From positions 10,963 through 74,962 of the forward strand of contig CAVRCR010000009.1 of NCBI GenBank assembly GCA_963719615.1: DNA of 64,000 nucleotides, written 5' to 3'. This DNA is from an uncultured Acidobacteriaceae bacterium. GTDB taxonomy: Bacteria; Acidobacteriota; Terriglobia; Terriglobales; Acidobacteriaceae. Below, piece by piece: positions 54,405 to 64,000 of the stretch. The notes under the pieces were generated by a model. The model had not been told where the DNA came from. It made no database searches and saw nothing but the letters and a program-made list of their open reading frames with translations. Positions within the stretch are counted from its first letter, which is position 1, and each line of letters opens with the position of its first letter. A program made the position numbers and the translations under genes.

Positions 54405-56216
54405 ATGGAAGCCGCTTTCATCCGCAACTTCGCGATTATCGCGCACATCGACCACGGCAAATCCACGCTGGCCGACCGCCTGCTGGAACTGACCGGATCG
54501 CTGACCGCGCGCGAGATGCAGGCCCAGGTACTCGACTCCATGGACCTGGAGCGCGAGCGTGGCATCACCATCAAGGCTCACGCGGTTCGCATGATGTACA
54601 CCGCGCACGACGGGCAGACCTACCAGCTCAATTTGATCGACACACCGGGTCACGTGGATTTTTCGTATGAGGTTTCGCGCTCGCTCGCATCGTGCGAAGG
54701 CGCGCTGCTTGTGGTCGATGCCTCGCAGGGAGTCGAGGCGCAAACTCTGGCCAATTCCTACCTCGCCATCAATCACGGCCTCGAAATCATTCCCGTCATC
54801 AACAAGATCGATCTGCAAAGTGCCGACATCCCGCGCACCAAGGAAATGATCGAAGGTGCCGTCGGCCTCGACGCTTCCGACGCCGTGCTGATCAGCGCCA
54901 AGACCGGGCAGGGAGTGCCGGACGTGCTCGAAGCGATCGTCAAGCGCGTTCCTCCACCCAAGGGTTCGCCCGACAATCGGCTCCAGGCGCTGGTTTTCGA
55001 CTCCTGGTTCGACGCCTACCGAGGGGTGGTTGTGTTGACCCGCGTGTTTCAAGGCACGTTGCGCAAGGGCCAAAGAATCCGCCTCTGGTGGAACGGAACC
55101 ACTTTCGACGCCGAAACTCTCGGCGTGCTCACGCCCAAGCCGGTGGAGATCGATCAACTGCAGGCGGGCGAAGTTGGCTTCCTCATCGCCAACATCAAGA
55201 ACGTTGCCGACACCAAAATCGGCGACACCATCACCGACGACACCAATCCTGCGATCGAGGCTTTGCCCGGCTTTGAAGAAATCAAGCCTATGGTCTTCGC
55301 CGGGCTCTACACGGTCGATGCCCACGAGCACACGCAACTGCGCGAAGCGCTCGAAAAGCTGCGGCTTAATGACTCGTCGTTCTTCTTCGAGCCCGAAAGC
55401 TCGGTCGCGCTCGGCTTTGGTTTCCGTTGCGGCTTTTTGGGATTGCTCCACATGGAGATCATCCAGGAGCGTCTCGAACGTGAGTTCAATCTCGACTTGA
55501 TCACTACCGCGCCGGGCGTGCGCTACAAGATCACCAAGACCGACGGCGAAATGATCGAGATCGACAATCCTTCGCGCTGGCTCGATCCGAGCGAGATCGA
55601 GAAGGTGGAAGAACCGGTGATCCTGGCCACGATTCTTAGCAACGAAGAATACGTCGGCGGCATACTTGCGCTGGTAGAAGAGAAGCGGGGAAAGCAGAAG
55701 ACCTTCGAGTACGTCAGTTCCTCCAGGGTCATGCTGCACTACGAATTGCCACTGAACGAGATCGTGCTGGATTTTTACGACCGGCTCAAGTCCGTATCCC
55801 GGGGCTACGCTTCGCTCGACTATCACCTTGCCGGCTACTGGGAATCGCCCATGGTGAAACTCGACATCCTGGTGGCGGGAGAACCGGTTGACGCGCTCTC
55901 GATCATCGTCCATCGCGACTTCGCCTACGAACGAGGCAAGGCTCTAGTTTCCAAGATGAGGGAGCTCATTCCCCGCCAGATGTTTGAGGTTCCCATCCAA
56001 GCTTCGATCGGGGCCAAGATCATCGCCCGCGAGACCGTCCACGCCATCCGAAAAAACGTGCTGGCCAAGTGCTACGGCGGAGACATTACCCGCAAACGCA
56101 AACTGCTCGAAAAGCAGAAGGAAGGCAAAAAGCGCATGAAGCGCATCGGCCGCGTCGACATCCCCCAGGAGGCGTTTCTGGCGGTGCTGAAGGTTGGCGA
56201 AGGCAGTAACAACTAG
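54405..56216 (+). CDS. lepA: translation elongation factor 4
   Basis: [38 protein letters not shown], ... C-terminal [23 protein letters not shown]. Confidence 0.97.
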   Translation: MEAAFIRNFAIIAHIDHGKSTLADRLLELTGSLTAREMQAQVLDSMDLERERGITIKAHAVRMMYTAHDGQTYQLNLIDTPGHVDFSYEVSRSLASCEGALLVVDASQGVEAQTLANSYLAINHGLEIIPVINKIDLQSADIPRTKEMIEGAVGLDASDAVLISAKTGQGVPDVLEAIVKRVPPPKGSPDNRLQALVFDSWFDAYRGVVVLTRVFQGTLRKGQRIRLWWNGTTFDAETLGVLTPKPVEIDQLQAGEVGFLIANIKNVADTKIGDTITDDTNPAIEALPGFEEIKPMVFAGLYTVDAHEHTQLREALEKLRLNDSSFFFEPESSVALGFGFRCGFLGLLHMEIIQERLEREFNLDLITTAPGVRYKITKTDGEMIEIDNPSRWLDPSEIEKVEEPVILATILSNEEYVGGILALVEEKRGKQKTFEYVSSSRVMLHYELPLNEIVLDFYDRLKSVSRGYASLDYHLAGYWESPMVKLDILVAGEPVDALSIIVHRDFAYERGKALVSKMRELIPRQMFEVPIQASIGAKIIARETVHAIRKNVLAKCYGGDITRKRKLLEKQKEGKKRMKRIGRVDIPQEAFLAVLKVGEGSNN

Positions 56217-56635
56217 GCGGCTACCTCTTCTGATACCCCGGCGACATCGAGAAAACCGATAGCTACGATCCGACTTTCTAACTGACTGAGTTGAAAAAAG
56301 ACAGCGGAGGATCGGCTAAAACCACCCAAAATCGAAAGGGCTAGAACGTCCAGATGTGCAAATCTCAAAAACGGAAGTGCGGCCGGTTTTGCGCAGGAGG
56401 AATCATGTTAATCCCCGGTGAATTACATAACTGGTTACCATTCATTGAGTTAAGAACCAATGTATGAGCCGCTGAAACCGACCGGGCGGTCACTTGCAGA
56501 CAGAAATTCTGAACCCAGTTTTCAATTCCACAAGCTTTTCCACAGGATGGCGGTCGCAATTCTGTCATGTCCGCACGCCTCAGCATCTGTGTAGCTAAAT
56601 GCAGCAATCTACAGTGTTTGCTGTAGGGCAAACAC

Positions 56636-58048
56636 TCAGTCCTCCGAGTCCAGACCGCCCTCGACCATGGTTTCAAACCGTGTGCAATGCTTGAGGAATG
56701 CCATCCGCACCTTGCCGATGGGACCATTACGCTGCTTGGCAATGATGATCTCGGCCCTGCCCTGCAACTCCGGATCGTCCTGTTTGTAGACTTCCTCGCG
56801 GAAGATGAACATGACTAGGTCGGCGTCCTGCTCGATCGACCCCGACTCGCGCAAGTCGGCGAGTTGTGGGCGATGATCTCCGCCGCGGCTTTCCGGCGCG
56901 CGGCTCAACTGCGAGAGCGCAATCACCGGCACACTGAGCTCTTTGGCCAAAGCCTTGAGCCCGCGCGAAATCGCGGAAACTTCCTGGGTCCGATTCTCGA
57001 AGCGCTTGCCTCCACCTGACATCAGCTGGAGGTAATCGACGATGATCAGGTCCAGCTTGCCCTGCGCCTGCTTCAACCGCCGCGCCTTGGCCCGCATCTC
57101 GCTGAGGGATATTCCGGGGGTGTCGTCGATGTAAATAGGCGCGTGCGCAAGTTGCTCCATGGCCCGCACAACTTTCTTGGTGTCGTCCTGCCATAGAGAC
57201 CCGGTTCGCATTTTGTGCGCATCCACCCGGGCCTGGGAGCAGAGCAGGCGCATCAGCAGCGCCTCGCGCGACATTTCCAGTGAAAAGACTCCCACCACCT
57301 GCCGATCCTCAATCGCGGCGTTCTCGGCGATGTTCATCACGAATGCCGTCTTGCCCATGGAGGGCCGGGCGGCGATGATCACCAGGTCGGATCGCTGCAG
57401 GCCGCTCGTCATCTCGTCGAGATCCGTGTAGTGCGTCGCCAGACCGGTAATGCGCTGGCCGCGTTGCAGCAGGGCATCGACCGAGCCGAACGATTCACGG
57501 ACGATCTCCTGCACCCCCATGAAGCCGCGCCCGATGCGCTTTTCCGAGAGTTGGAAAATGGCGGCTTCGGCGTCGCTCAGCACGTCTTCGGCAGCGTCGG
57601 ACTGGTCGGCCGCGCGCGCGATCGCTGTATTGGCGGCGGAAATCAGCCCGCGCAACAGAGCCTTGTCGCGCACAATCTTGACGTAGTGTTCGATGCTCGG
57701 CCGGTCCGGTACGCCCTCGACCAGGCTCGACACGTAGGCCACATCGCCGATGGCCTGCAGATCTTTATGCCGGTCGAGTTCCTCGATCAGCGTGATCATG
57801 TCGATCGGCCGTGACGACTCGGCCAGATCCACCATGCGCGCGTAAATCCTCCGGTGCGAGTCGAGCGAGAAATCTTCGCTCTTCAGATGCTCGGCGGCCT
57901 GGTTGTAAGCAAAGTTGTCGAGCAGGATCGCGCCCAGAATCGAGCGCTCGGCCTCTACGTTAGCCGGAAGACTGCTGATGGTGTAATCGGAAGTGGCCAA
58001 ATTCGGTTCGCCCCGCCGAAATCGCGACTCAATGTTGCGAGTCAGCAT
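56636..58048 (-). CDS. dnaB: replicative DNA helicase
   Basis: PANVEAERSILGAILLD, GLATHYTDLD, Walker A IIAARPSMGKTAF, IVDYLQLM, SQLSR, ESGSIEQDADLV. Confidence 0.97.
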   Translation of the reverse strand: MLTRNIESRFRRGEPNLATSDYTISSLPANVEAERSILGAILLDNFAYNQAAEHLKSEDFSLDSHRRIYARMVDLAESSRPIDMITLIEELDRHKDLQAIGDVAYVSSLVEGVPDRPSIEHYVKIVRDKALLRGLISAANTAIARAADQSDAAEDVLSDAEAAIFQLSEKRIGRGFMGVQEIVRESFGSVDALLQRGQRITGLATHYTDLDEMTSGLQRSDLVIIAARPSMGKTAFVMNIAENAAIEDRQVVGVFSLEMSREALLMRLLCSQARVDAHKMRTGSLWQDDTKKVVRAMEQLAHAPIYIDDTPGISLSEMRAKARRLKQAQGKLDLIIVDYLQLMSGGGKRFENRTQEVSAISRGLKALAKELSVPVIALSQLSRAPESRGGDHRPQLADLRESGSIEQDADLVMFIFREEVYKQDDPELQGRAEIIIAKQRNGPIGKVRMAFLKHCTRFETMVEGGLDSED

Positions 58049-58343
58049 CCCGGCTCCCTTGAAATCTCTGCTGGTGTGCGAGTCATACTAGCGTGCCCTG
58101 CCTTGTGAAATTCGTGCAGCCCTGCGGAAAACTTTCCCCGATGCACAATTTCTTCGGAGACCGAAATGCAGGCGTTTGCAATCCCTGACGTCGATGTCAT
58201 CCTGACCGTAGCCGTTCCTCAGGCGGAGGGAAGGATCTCCCCCAGCAAGACGCCTTCAAGCGTTAGGCTCCCGCTTGACGCGCTCCACCAAAATGGAGTA
58301 TCTCACAAGGGCGAATGAAAATCGAATACCACTAAAGGCGTCA

Positions 58344-58847
58344 ATGAAGGTCACCAAGCCAAGCCCGGAACTCAAGAAGCTCTGCTACTTTGTTGGAACC
58401 TGGATCACTCAGGGGACGATCGCTCGGGGCCCGTGGGGAGCCGGCGGAAAGTTCAGCTGGACGGAGAGAACCAATTGGATGACCGGCCGTTTCTTCCTGG
58501 TAGGGCGCTGGAACTTCAAAATGCCAGCCGACATGGGTGGCGATGGCGAAGAACTCTTCGTCATCGGTTTTGACCCCAGCCCCAGCGTTTACACCTTTGA
58601 TGCCTTCAGCAGCCAGGGCCTGCACCAGATTTCGAGGGGCACTTGCATCGGAGACATCTGGACTTGGACCAGCGAAGGGTTCCAAGACGGCCGGCCGGTC
58701 CAGCGGAAGATGACGATGCGAGTCCTTTCACGCACCAGCTATCTGGTGAAGTTCGAAATCTCCTCTGACGGCACGGCCTGGATGACCTTCAGGGAAGGCA
58801 AAGCCCGGAAGCAGAAGGCGCGTACCCGGCGCCGTTCCGCGAAGTAG
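58344..58847 (+). CDS. DUF1579-like hypothetical protein with basic C-terminal tail
   Basis: KLCYFVGTWITQGT...GRFFLVGRWNF...VYTFDAFSSQG resembles DUF1579. Start chosen at internal ATG 58344; uncertain. Confidence 0.5.
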   Translation: MKVTKPSPELKKLCYFVGTWITQGTIARGPWGAGGKFSWTERTNWMTGRFFLVGRWNFKMPADMGGDGEELFVIGFDPSPSVYTFDAFSSQGLHQISRGTCIGDIWTWTSEGFQDGRPVQRKMTMRVLSRTSYLVKFEISSDGTAWMTFREGKARKQKARTRRRSAK

Positions 58848-58906
58848 ATACCGTTTATAATCTTGGATTCGGCAATCTGCCGCATTCCTGACGGTAAGGA
58901 CTCAAC

Positions 58907-60760
58907 TTGCTCGATTTCCTAGGCGATTTACGCCGCACTCACATGTGCGGGACGCTGCGCCCATCCGACGCCGGCAACCCAGCCGTTCTCATGGGATGGG
59001 TGAACCGCCGCCGCGACCTCGGCAACCTCGTCTTTATCGATTTGCGCGATCGCACCGGGGTGAGCCAGGTGGTTTTCAACCGCGAACTGAACGCCTCCGC
59101 GCACGACAAGGCCGACCTGCTGCGCAATGAGTATGTCATTGCCGCGATTGGCAAGGTCAAGCTGCGCGATGCCGACACGGTCAACAGGAACATTCCCACC
59201 GGCGAGGTTGAGCTAGTCGCCGACGAGATTCGCCTTTTAAACGAGTCGAAACTGCCTCCGTTCCTGCCGTCGGACACGGCCTTGACCAACGAAGAGACGC
59301 GGCTGAAATATCGCTACATCGATCTGCGGCGCGATGTCATGCAGTTCAACATTGAGACACGGCACAAGGTGGCGAAGGCCATCCGCGACTACCTTTCGGA
59401 GCAGGGATTTTTCGAAATCGAGACGCCATTCATGACGCGCTCGACGCCCGAGGGCGCCCGCGACTATCTGGTGCCGAGCCGCGTGCAGCAGGGTACGTTT
59501 TACGCTTTGCCGCAGTCGCCCCAGATGTTCAAGCAGATCCTGATGATTTCGGGATTCGACAAGTATTTTCAAATCGTGCGCTGTTTCCGTGACGAGGACT
59601 TTCGCGCGGACCGGCAGGCCGAGTTCACCCAAATCGACCTTGAGATGTCGTTCCCGCAGGTGGAACGCGTTTGGGAAGTAGTCGAAGGGTTTCTAATTGC
59701 GGCATTCCGCGCCGCCGGAAACGAGATCAAAGCGCCCTTCCCGCGCATGGACTACGACGAGGCTATACGTTTGTACGGTATCGACAAGCCGGACCTGCGG
59801 CTGCCCGCGTTTACCGACGTGCGCGATTGCTTCAAGCCTGAAAATCTGCAGGAGTTGGCGATCAATGCGAATCTGCCCGTGATTGCGATCCGCACGCCGA
59901 ACGTCGGCGAACTCTCGCGCAAAGAGCGCGATGACATCAAGCCAATGTTCCACGCGAAGGGCGGCGCCAAGATTTTCGAAGACTTTAAGCGCATCGGCAA
60001 CAAGTTTCCCGAGGCCGCCGCCGCGATCACGAAAAAATCCGCGGCCCAGGATCGCGATCTCATCGTGCTGGTAGCAGGTTCGGCCCAGGCCGGACCACAA
60101 ACCGCCCTGCCCGCTCACCGCAAGGTCACGCCCGCGGAGTCAGCGATTTACGCCTCAGCCGGATTGCTCCGCCTCGCCCTGGCCCAGAAGTATTCTGAGC
60201 GGCACGGCATTTTCACGAAGAGCGGCGATGCTGCGAAGGATTTCCGCTTTCTCTGGGTCACGAACTTCCCGATGTTCGAATGGGACGAGGGCGAAAAGCA
60301 GTGGATGGCCGCGCATCATCCCTTCACCTCGCCGCACGAAGAAGACATGAGCCTGCTGGAAGCGGGCGTGGAGTCCGTCAACGACCCACAGTCGCCGCTA
60401 AGCGCGGTCCGCGCGCTGGCCTACGACGTGGTGCTGAATGGCACCGAGCTCGGTTCCGGATCGATTCGTATCCACCGCCAGGACATCCAGCGCAAAATCT
60501 TCCGTGCCCTGGGAATGACGGAGGAAGAAGCGAAATCACGTTTCGGATTTTTCCTGGAGGCGCTGGAATATGGAACTCCTCCGCACGGCGGGATCGCCCT
60601 GGGCTTGGACCGCATCGTGATGATCCTCGCCGGAGCCGAGAGCCTGCGCGAGGTGATACCGTTCCCCAAGACCGCCCGTGCCGTCGACTTGATGTGCGAC
60701 GCACCAACCCCGGTCAGCGAGCGCCAACTGCGCGAATTGGGGATTTCCGTCAAGAAGTAG
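58907..60760 (+). CDS. aspS: aspartate--tRNA ligase
   Basis: TTG start. GWVNRRRDLGNLVFIDLRD, class II motifs FRDEDFRADRQAEFTQID, GSIRIH, GGIALGLDR. Confidence 0.97.
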   Translation: MLDFLGDLRRTHMCGTLRPSDAGNPAVLMGWVNRRRDLGNLVFIDLRDRTGVSQVVFNRELNASAHDKADLLRNEYVIAAIGKVKLRDADTVNRNIPTGEVELVADEIRLLNESKLPPFLPSDTALTNEETRLKYRYIDLRRDVMQFNIETRHKVAKAIRDYLSEQGFFEIETPFMTRSTPEGARDYLVPSRVQQGTFYALPQSPQMFKQILMISGFDKYFQIVRCFRDEDFRADRQAEFTQIDLEMSFPQVERVWEVVEGFLIAAFRAAGNEIKAPFPRMDYDEAIRLYGIDKPDLRLPAFTDVRDCFKPENLQELAINANLPVIAIRTPNVGELSRKERDDIKPMFHAKGGAKIFEDFKRIGNKFPEAAAAITKKSAAQDRDLIVLVAGSAQAGPQTALPAHRKVTPAESAIYASAGLLRLALAQKYSERHGIFTKSGDAAKDFRFLWVTNFPMFEWDEGEKQWMAAHHPFTSPHEEDMSLLEAGVESVNDPQSPLSAVRALAYDVVLNGTELGSGSIRIHRQDIQRKIFRALGMTEEEAKSRFGFFLEALEYGTPPHGGIALGLDRIVMILAGAESLREVIPFPKTARAVDLMCDAPTPVSERQLRELGISVKK

Positions 60761-60840
60761 CGACTCGCATCGGAAAGCCCACCGCCGTGGAGTTTGGCAC
60801 TGGTGTCGCGCGAAGCGCCGCCCGGAACACGTGAGAACCG

Positions 60841-61512
60841 ATGGCTCAGAGCTGTCTTCTCTACTACATCACCGATCGCACTGCATTCTCTGGCGACGAA
60901 TCCTCCCGCCGTCGCCGTCTCCTCGAAAAAATCGCGGAGGCCGCCCGCGCTGGAGTGGACTACATCCAACTCCGGGAGAAGGATCTGGCCTCGCGAGAAT
61001 TGGAGTCGCTTGGTCGCGAAGCCGTGCGCGTAGTCCGAGAGGCCAGAAAACTGGCATCCGGAAACAGGAAACCGGAAACCGCTATCCTAATCAACTCGCG
61101 TACGGATGTGGTCCTGGCGGTCCAAGCCGAAGGCGTCCACCTCCGCTCCGACGACATCTCCCCGCGAGAAGTGAGACAAATCTGGAAGTGTGGCGGGAGT
61201 GCATTAGATCCCCTGATCGGAGCTTCCTGTCACTCCCCAGCAGAAGTAGACCAAGCCGCTGCCAACGGCGCAACCTTCGCGGTGTTCGCTCCCGTCTTCG
61301 AGAAGAAAGACATCCCCACGACGCAGCCCGTCGGCCTCGCAATGTTGCAGCAAGCCTGCCGGACGAACATTCCGATCCTAGCTCTCGGCGGAATCACTCT
61401 CTCTAACGCTCGCTCCTGCCTGGAAGCCGGAGCCGCCGGCATTGCCGCCATCCGCCTCTTCCAGGAGATCAACATCGCCGAAGTTGTACAGCATCTCCGC
61501 AACAGTTCTTAA
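60841..61512 (+). CDS. thiE: thiamine-phosphate synthase-like protein
   Basis: LYYITDR, VDYIQLREKDL, GVHL, SCHS, FAPVF, LALGGI. The TMP-TENI fold pattern has an atypically long insert after REARKL. Confidence 0.72.
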   Translation: MAQSCLLYYITDRTAFSGDESSRRRRLLEKIAEAARAGVDYIQLREKDLASRELESLGREAVRVVREARKLASGNRKPETAILINSRTDVVLAVQAEGVHLRSDDISPREVRQIWKCGGSALDPLIGASCHSPAEVDQAAANGATFAVFAPVFEKKDIPTTQPVGLAMLQQACRTNIPILALGGITLSNARSCLEAGAAGIAAIRLFQEINIAEVVQHLRNSS

Positions 61513-61530
61513 ACAACGAGTTCCTGAAGA

Positions 61531-61600
61531 ACCGGGTGCCCCGTCCTTGTCCTGCCGTTTCTTGGCGGGACAGGGCCTGCCCTGAGCGAAGCCGAAGGGG
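61531..61600 (-). repeat. hairpin + GGGGCACCC dispersed repeat (reverse-oriented copy)
   Basis: Reverse complement reads CCCCTTCGGCTTCGCTCAGGGCAGGCCCTGTCCCGCC-AAGAAAC-GGCAGGACAAGG-ACGGGGCACCCGG. Same boxes as the other copies with a third stem sequence. Confidence 0.75.
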
Positions 61601-61650
61601 CGGGCATTTTGAAGTTGTCTCAACCGTCTCCAAAGACGCCCCTTGATTCT

Positions 61651-62124
61651 TTAGCCTGTCCACTTTGCTCCCGTCTTTAGTACCTGCATCACTTTGGCCA
61701 GGCGGCGTTTTTTCGTCTCCTCCTGCTTGGCGTCGCGGATAGAAATCGCCATCTCTTTCTTGTGAGTAAATGCCAACTTCTCCCACCGCTCTTGCGCCTT
61801 CTTACTCTTAGCTAACTCCTTCTTGAGTTCCGGCGGAGCCTCCACCGTGCGCGCTTCTTGATCTCGCTCGATCACGACGTCGACCACCTCTCCCGCCTTG
61901 GCCTTCGCCCCGTCCCGCATGGAGCGATTCACCGCCATCCCATGACACCCGCCCATCGGCATCAGGGACGAGCGAAATGGAAACCCATTGATCGTTCCTC
62001 GCACCGGGACACGCGCCCGGGTGCCGAACGTCTCTGGGACATCAAATGGAGCATTGAGCCACGCTACCGCGCTCCCGTCGACGCCTTCCAACTTCACTTT
62101 GAATCGCAGTTTCTTCTCTGCCAT
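61651..62124 (-). CDS. DUF1905 + YdeI/OmpD-associated family protein
   Basis: Start trimmed to MAEKKLRFKVKLEGV. FGTRARVPVRGTINGFPFRSSLMPMGG (DUF1905) and C-terminal ...ISIRDAKQEETKKRRLAKV. Confidence 0.78.
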   Translation of the reverse strand: MAEKKLRFKVKLEGVDGSAVAWLNAPFDVPETFGTRARVPVRGTINGFPFRSSLMPMGGCHGMAVNRSMRDGAKAKAGEVVDVVIERDQEARTVEAPPELKKELAKSKKAQERWEKLAFTHKKEMAISIRDAKQEETKKRRLAKVMQVLKTGAKWTG

Positions 62125-62187
62125 CGAAATCCCCCCAACCCCAGCGCTGGTAAACTTTAACCCTGAGCCGCAGCAGCGGTAACCGCC

Positions 62188-62946
62188 ATGACGCTCACGC
62201 CCGCAGAGCCCGGAAGGACGGCCAACGGCGCAGTCGAACCGATTGCGCCAACCCTGGTCCGCATCTCGGAACGCTGGTTCCTTATGGGCTCCGAGGTCGG
62301 CCAGGACTGCGAACGCCCCGTTCATCGCGTCTGGATCGACATTTTCCTCCTTGCAGCCACGCAAGTCACCAATGCCGAATATGCCCGCTTCCTGCTGGCA
62401 ACCTCCGCTCTGCCTCCGCCGTTCTGGCAGGACCCAAACTTTAACCATCCTGAGCAGCCCGTGGCCGGAGTCTCCTGGTTTGAAGCGGTTCGCTACTGCG
62501 AGTGGCTCAGTTCGCAGACTGGCCGCGCCTACCGCTTGCCCTCAGAAGCCGAATGGGAGCACGCCGCTCGCGGCACCCTCGAGCAAAAGCAGTTCCCCTG
62601 GGGCGACGATCCTCCCCAATCTCTTCCCGACTACGCTGCTCGCTGGCAAACTGGCCCCGAGCCCGTCGCGCGCTACGCCCCCAACGCCTTTGGCCTTTAC
62701 GATATTTGCGACAACGTCCATGAATGGTGCAGCGACTGGTACGACCCGAACTACTACGCGATCTCACCCGACCGCAATCCGCGCGGTCCCGAAACCAGCC
62801 CGGCACAACCCCAGCGCAAAGCCTCGCGCGGCGGTTCCTGGCGCCACCACATCAAAGTTGCCCGCTGCTCTGCCCGCTCCAGCATCCCTCCGCATTTTAA
62901 GTACGCCGACTACGGCTTCCGCGTAGCCTGCGACGTTTCCAGATAG
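62188..62946 (+). CDS. formylglycine-generating-enzyme (SUMF1/FGE-sulfatase) family protein
   Basis: FLMGS...ERPVHRVWIDIF.LAATQVTNAEY..F, PVAGVSWFEAVRYCEWLS, YRLPSEAEWEHAARG, NVHEWCSDWY, RGGSW, YGFRVA. Confidence 0.85.
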   Translation: MTLTPAEPGRTANGAVEPIAPTLVRISERWFLMGSEVGQDCERPVHRVWIDIFLLAATQVTNAEYARFLLATSALPPPFWQDPNFNHPEQPVAGVSWFEAVRYCEWLSSQTGRAYRLPSEAEWEHAARGTLEQKQFPWGDDPPQSLPDYAARWQTGPEPVARYAPNAFGLYDICDNVHEWCSDWYDPNYYAISPDRNPRGPETSPAQPQRKASRGGSWRHHIKVARCSARSSIPPHFKYADYGFRVACDVSR

Positions 62947-63035
62947 CCCCTATAATTTGTCGTTCCGAACCGGCGCGAGCCGTGAGGAACATGCTGTTTG
63001 CCGGCATCCGCTTCATAATGCCGGGGAGACTCCAA

Positions 63036-63890
63036 ATGTTCAGTCCTGATCTTCTGAAAAATAAGCGCATCCTGATCACCGGCGGCGGCACTGGCCTGGG
63101 CAAAGGCATGGCCGAACGCTTCCTCGAACTCGGAGCAGCGGTCCACATTTGCGGCCGCCGCGAAGAAGTTCTGGAGCAAACCGCCTCCGAACTCACTTCG
63201 AAGGGACCGATTCACGCCATCCCGTGCGATGTTCGCAACCTTGAAGCGGTCGAGGCCATGATCGATTCCATTTGGAGCGAGGATCCACTCGACATCCTCG
63301 TCAACAACGCCGCTGGAAACTTCATCGCCCGCACCGAAGAGCTTTCCCCAGGCGCGTGGAACTCCGTCATCAGCATTGTCCTGATGGGAACGCTCAACTG
63401 CACCATGACCTGCGGACGCCGCTGGCTCAAGGGCGGTCATCGCGGCACCGTCCTCAGCATCTCCGCCACGTACGCGCCGGTGGGCTCAGCCTATGTCGTT
63501 CCCTCCGCCGTGTCGAAAGCCGGTGTCGAAGCCCTGACCCGCAGCCTGGCTGTCGAATGGGGAGACCGCGGCATTCGCATGAACGCCATCGCTCCGGGTC
63601 CGATCCCGACGCAGGGCGCGTTCTCACGCCTGATGCCTCGTCCCGAACTCGAAACCCTCACCCTCGACCGCAACCCGCTCCACCGTTTCGGCACGGTCGA
63701 AGAGCTGGCCAACCTGGCAGCATTTCTGGTGAGCGATGGCGCCGGCTACATCAATGGCGAAGTCATCCGCATGGACGGCGGGGAATTCCTGCAGGGTGCC
63801 GGAGAATTCAGCCACCTTGGCCGCATGCTCAAAGAGGAAGACTGGCAGGCGTTCACGCCGAAGAAATCGGGATCCGCCCCGCAGAGTTGA
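63036..63890 (+). CDS. SDR-family oxidoreductase (2,4-dienoyl-CoA reductase-like)
   Basis: ILITGGGTGLGKGMA (TGxxxGxG), NNAAGNF, SATYA..G..Y..PSAVSKAG (YxxxK-type), IRMNAIAPGPI. Confidence 0.85.
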   Translation: MFSPDLLKNKRILITGGGTGLGKGMAERFLELGAAVHICGRREEVLEQTASELTSKGPIHAIPCDVRNLEAVEAMIDSIWSEDPLDILVNNAAGNFIARTEELSPGAWNSVISIVLMGTLNCTMTCGRRWLKGGHRGTVLSISATYAPVGSAYVVPSAVSKAGVEALTRSLAVEWGDRGIRMNAIAPGPIPTQGAFSRLMPRPELETLTLDRNPLHRFGTVEELANLAAFLVSDGAGYINGEVIRMDGGEFLQGAGEFSHLGRMLKEEDWQAFTPKKSGSAPQS

Positions 63891-64000
63891 ATGGGATACA
63901 CCAAACGAAAAGTCCGCGGAATCAACTTTTCATTCATGCTGGCGGGCTTCGTATTTGCCTGCTGGGCAATGGTCTGCGCCTGGTATGGCTGGCCCCGCGG
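63891..64000 (+). CDS. hypothetical membrane protein, 5' fragment (runs off the window)
   Basis: ATG 63891 immediately after the SDR stop. MGYTKRKVRGINFSFMLAGFVFACWAMVCAWYGWPR... stays open to the window end. Only 36 codons are visible. Confidence 0.3.
   Translation, partial: MGYTKRKVRGINFSFMLAGFVFACWAMVCAWYGWPR

Noticed and set aside
54399-55913. 504-aa ORF antisense to lepA
   Set aside because: Same reasoning. lepA on the plus strand is unambiguous, and the antisense translation has no domain signature.

Overview
GC-rich, gene-dense chromosomal segment with about 60 protein genes, almost all housekeeping or envelope functions. It resembles core genome of an Acidobacteriota/Terriglobia-type bacterium. 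That guess is inference from a CarboxypepD_reg-type TonB receptor, membrane-anchored winged-helix regulators, and many dispersed hairpin repeats whose translations read PFDFAQGRL / SLRMT / GWGHP. Genes recognised from their translations: queA, rnr, the c-di-AMP operon cdaA-cdaR-glmM, xseA, ruvB, tdh-kbl, pyrB/pyrC, miaA, lpxI, tatA, maf, lepA, dnaB, aspS and thiE. Also recognised: a GH3 hydrolase, M48 and M13 peptidases, TonB, bactofilin and two DinB-family genes. I saw no rRNA, tRNA, CRISPR array, prophage or obvious multi-gene defence island. RNA and mobile features: a textbook cobalamin riboswitch with an SD-sequestering hairpin upstream of a TonB-dependent receptor, and one IS110-family (IS1111-like) insertion sequence. 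That IS has a 12-bp subterminal inverted repeat and a 328-nt non-coding 3' tail, which is a candidate guide (bridge/seek) RNA locus. The most unusual observations: (1) a modular hairpin repeat family found in intergenic DNA also sits in frame inside queA and apparently inside rnr. (2) A 2.6-kb stretch (48.0-50.7 kb) contains at least six frame disruptions spread over lpxA, fabZ and an M20 peptidase gene, while all neighbouring genes are intact. This is either an assembly artefact or localised decay. (3) A Tdi1/DUF1851-like orphan immunity-type gene is wedged into pyrB-pyrC with a TGAATG stop-start junction. (4) There is an unrecognisable 220-aa orphan gene, a tandem pair of paralogous secreted proteins, and a membrane-anchored MutS-like ATPase. 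I cannot demonstrate a new multi-gene system here, and all family calls rest on motif recognition by eye without database searches.
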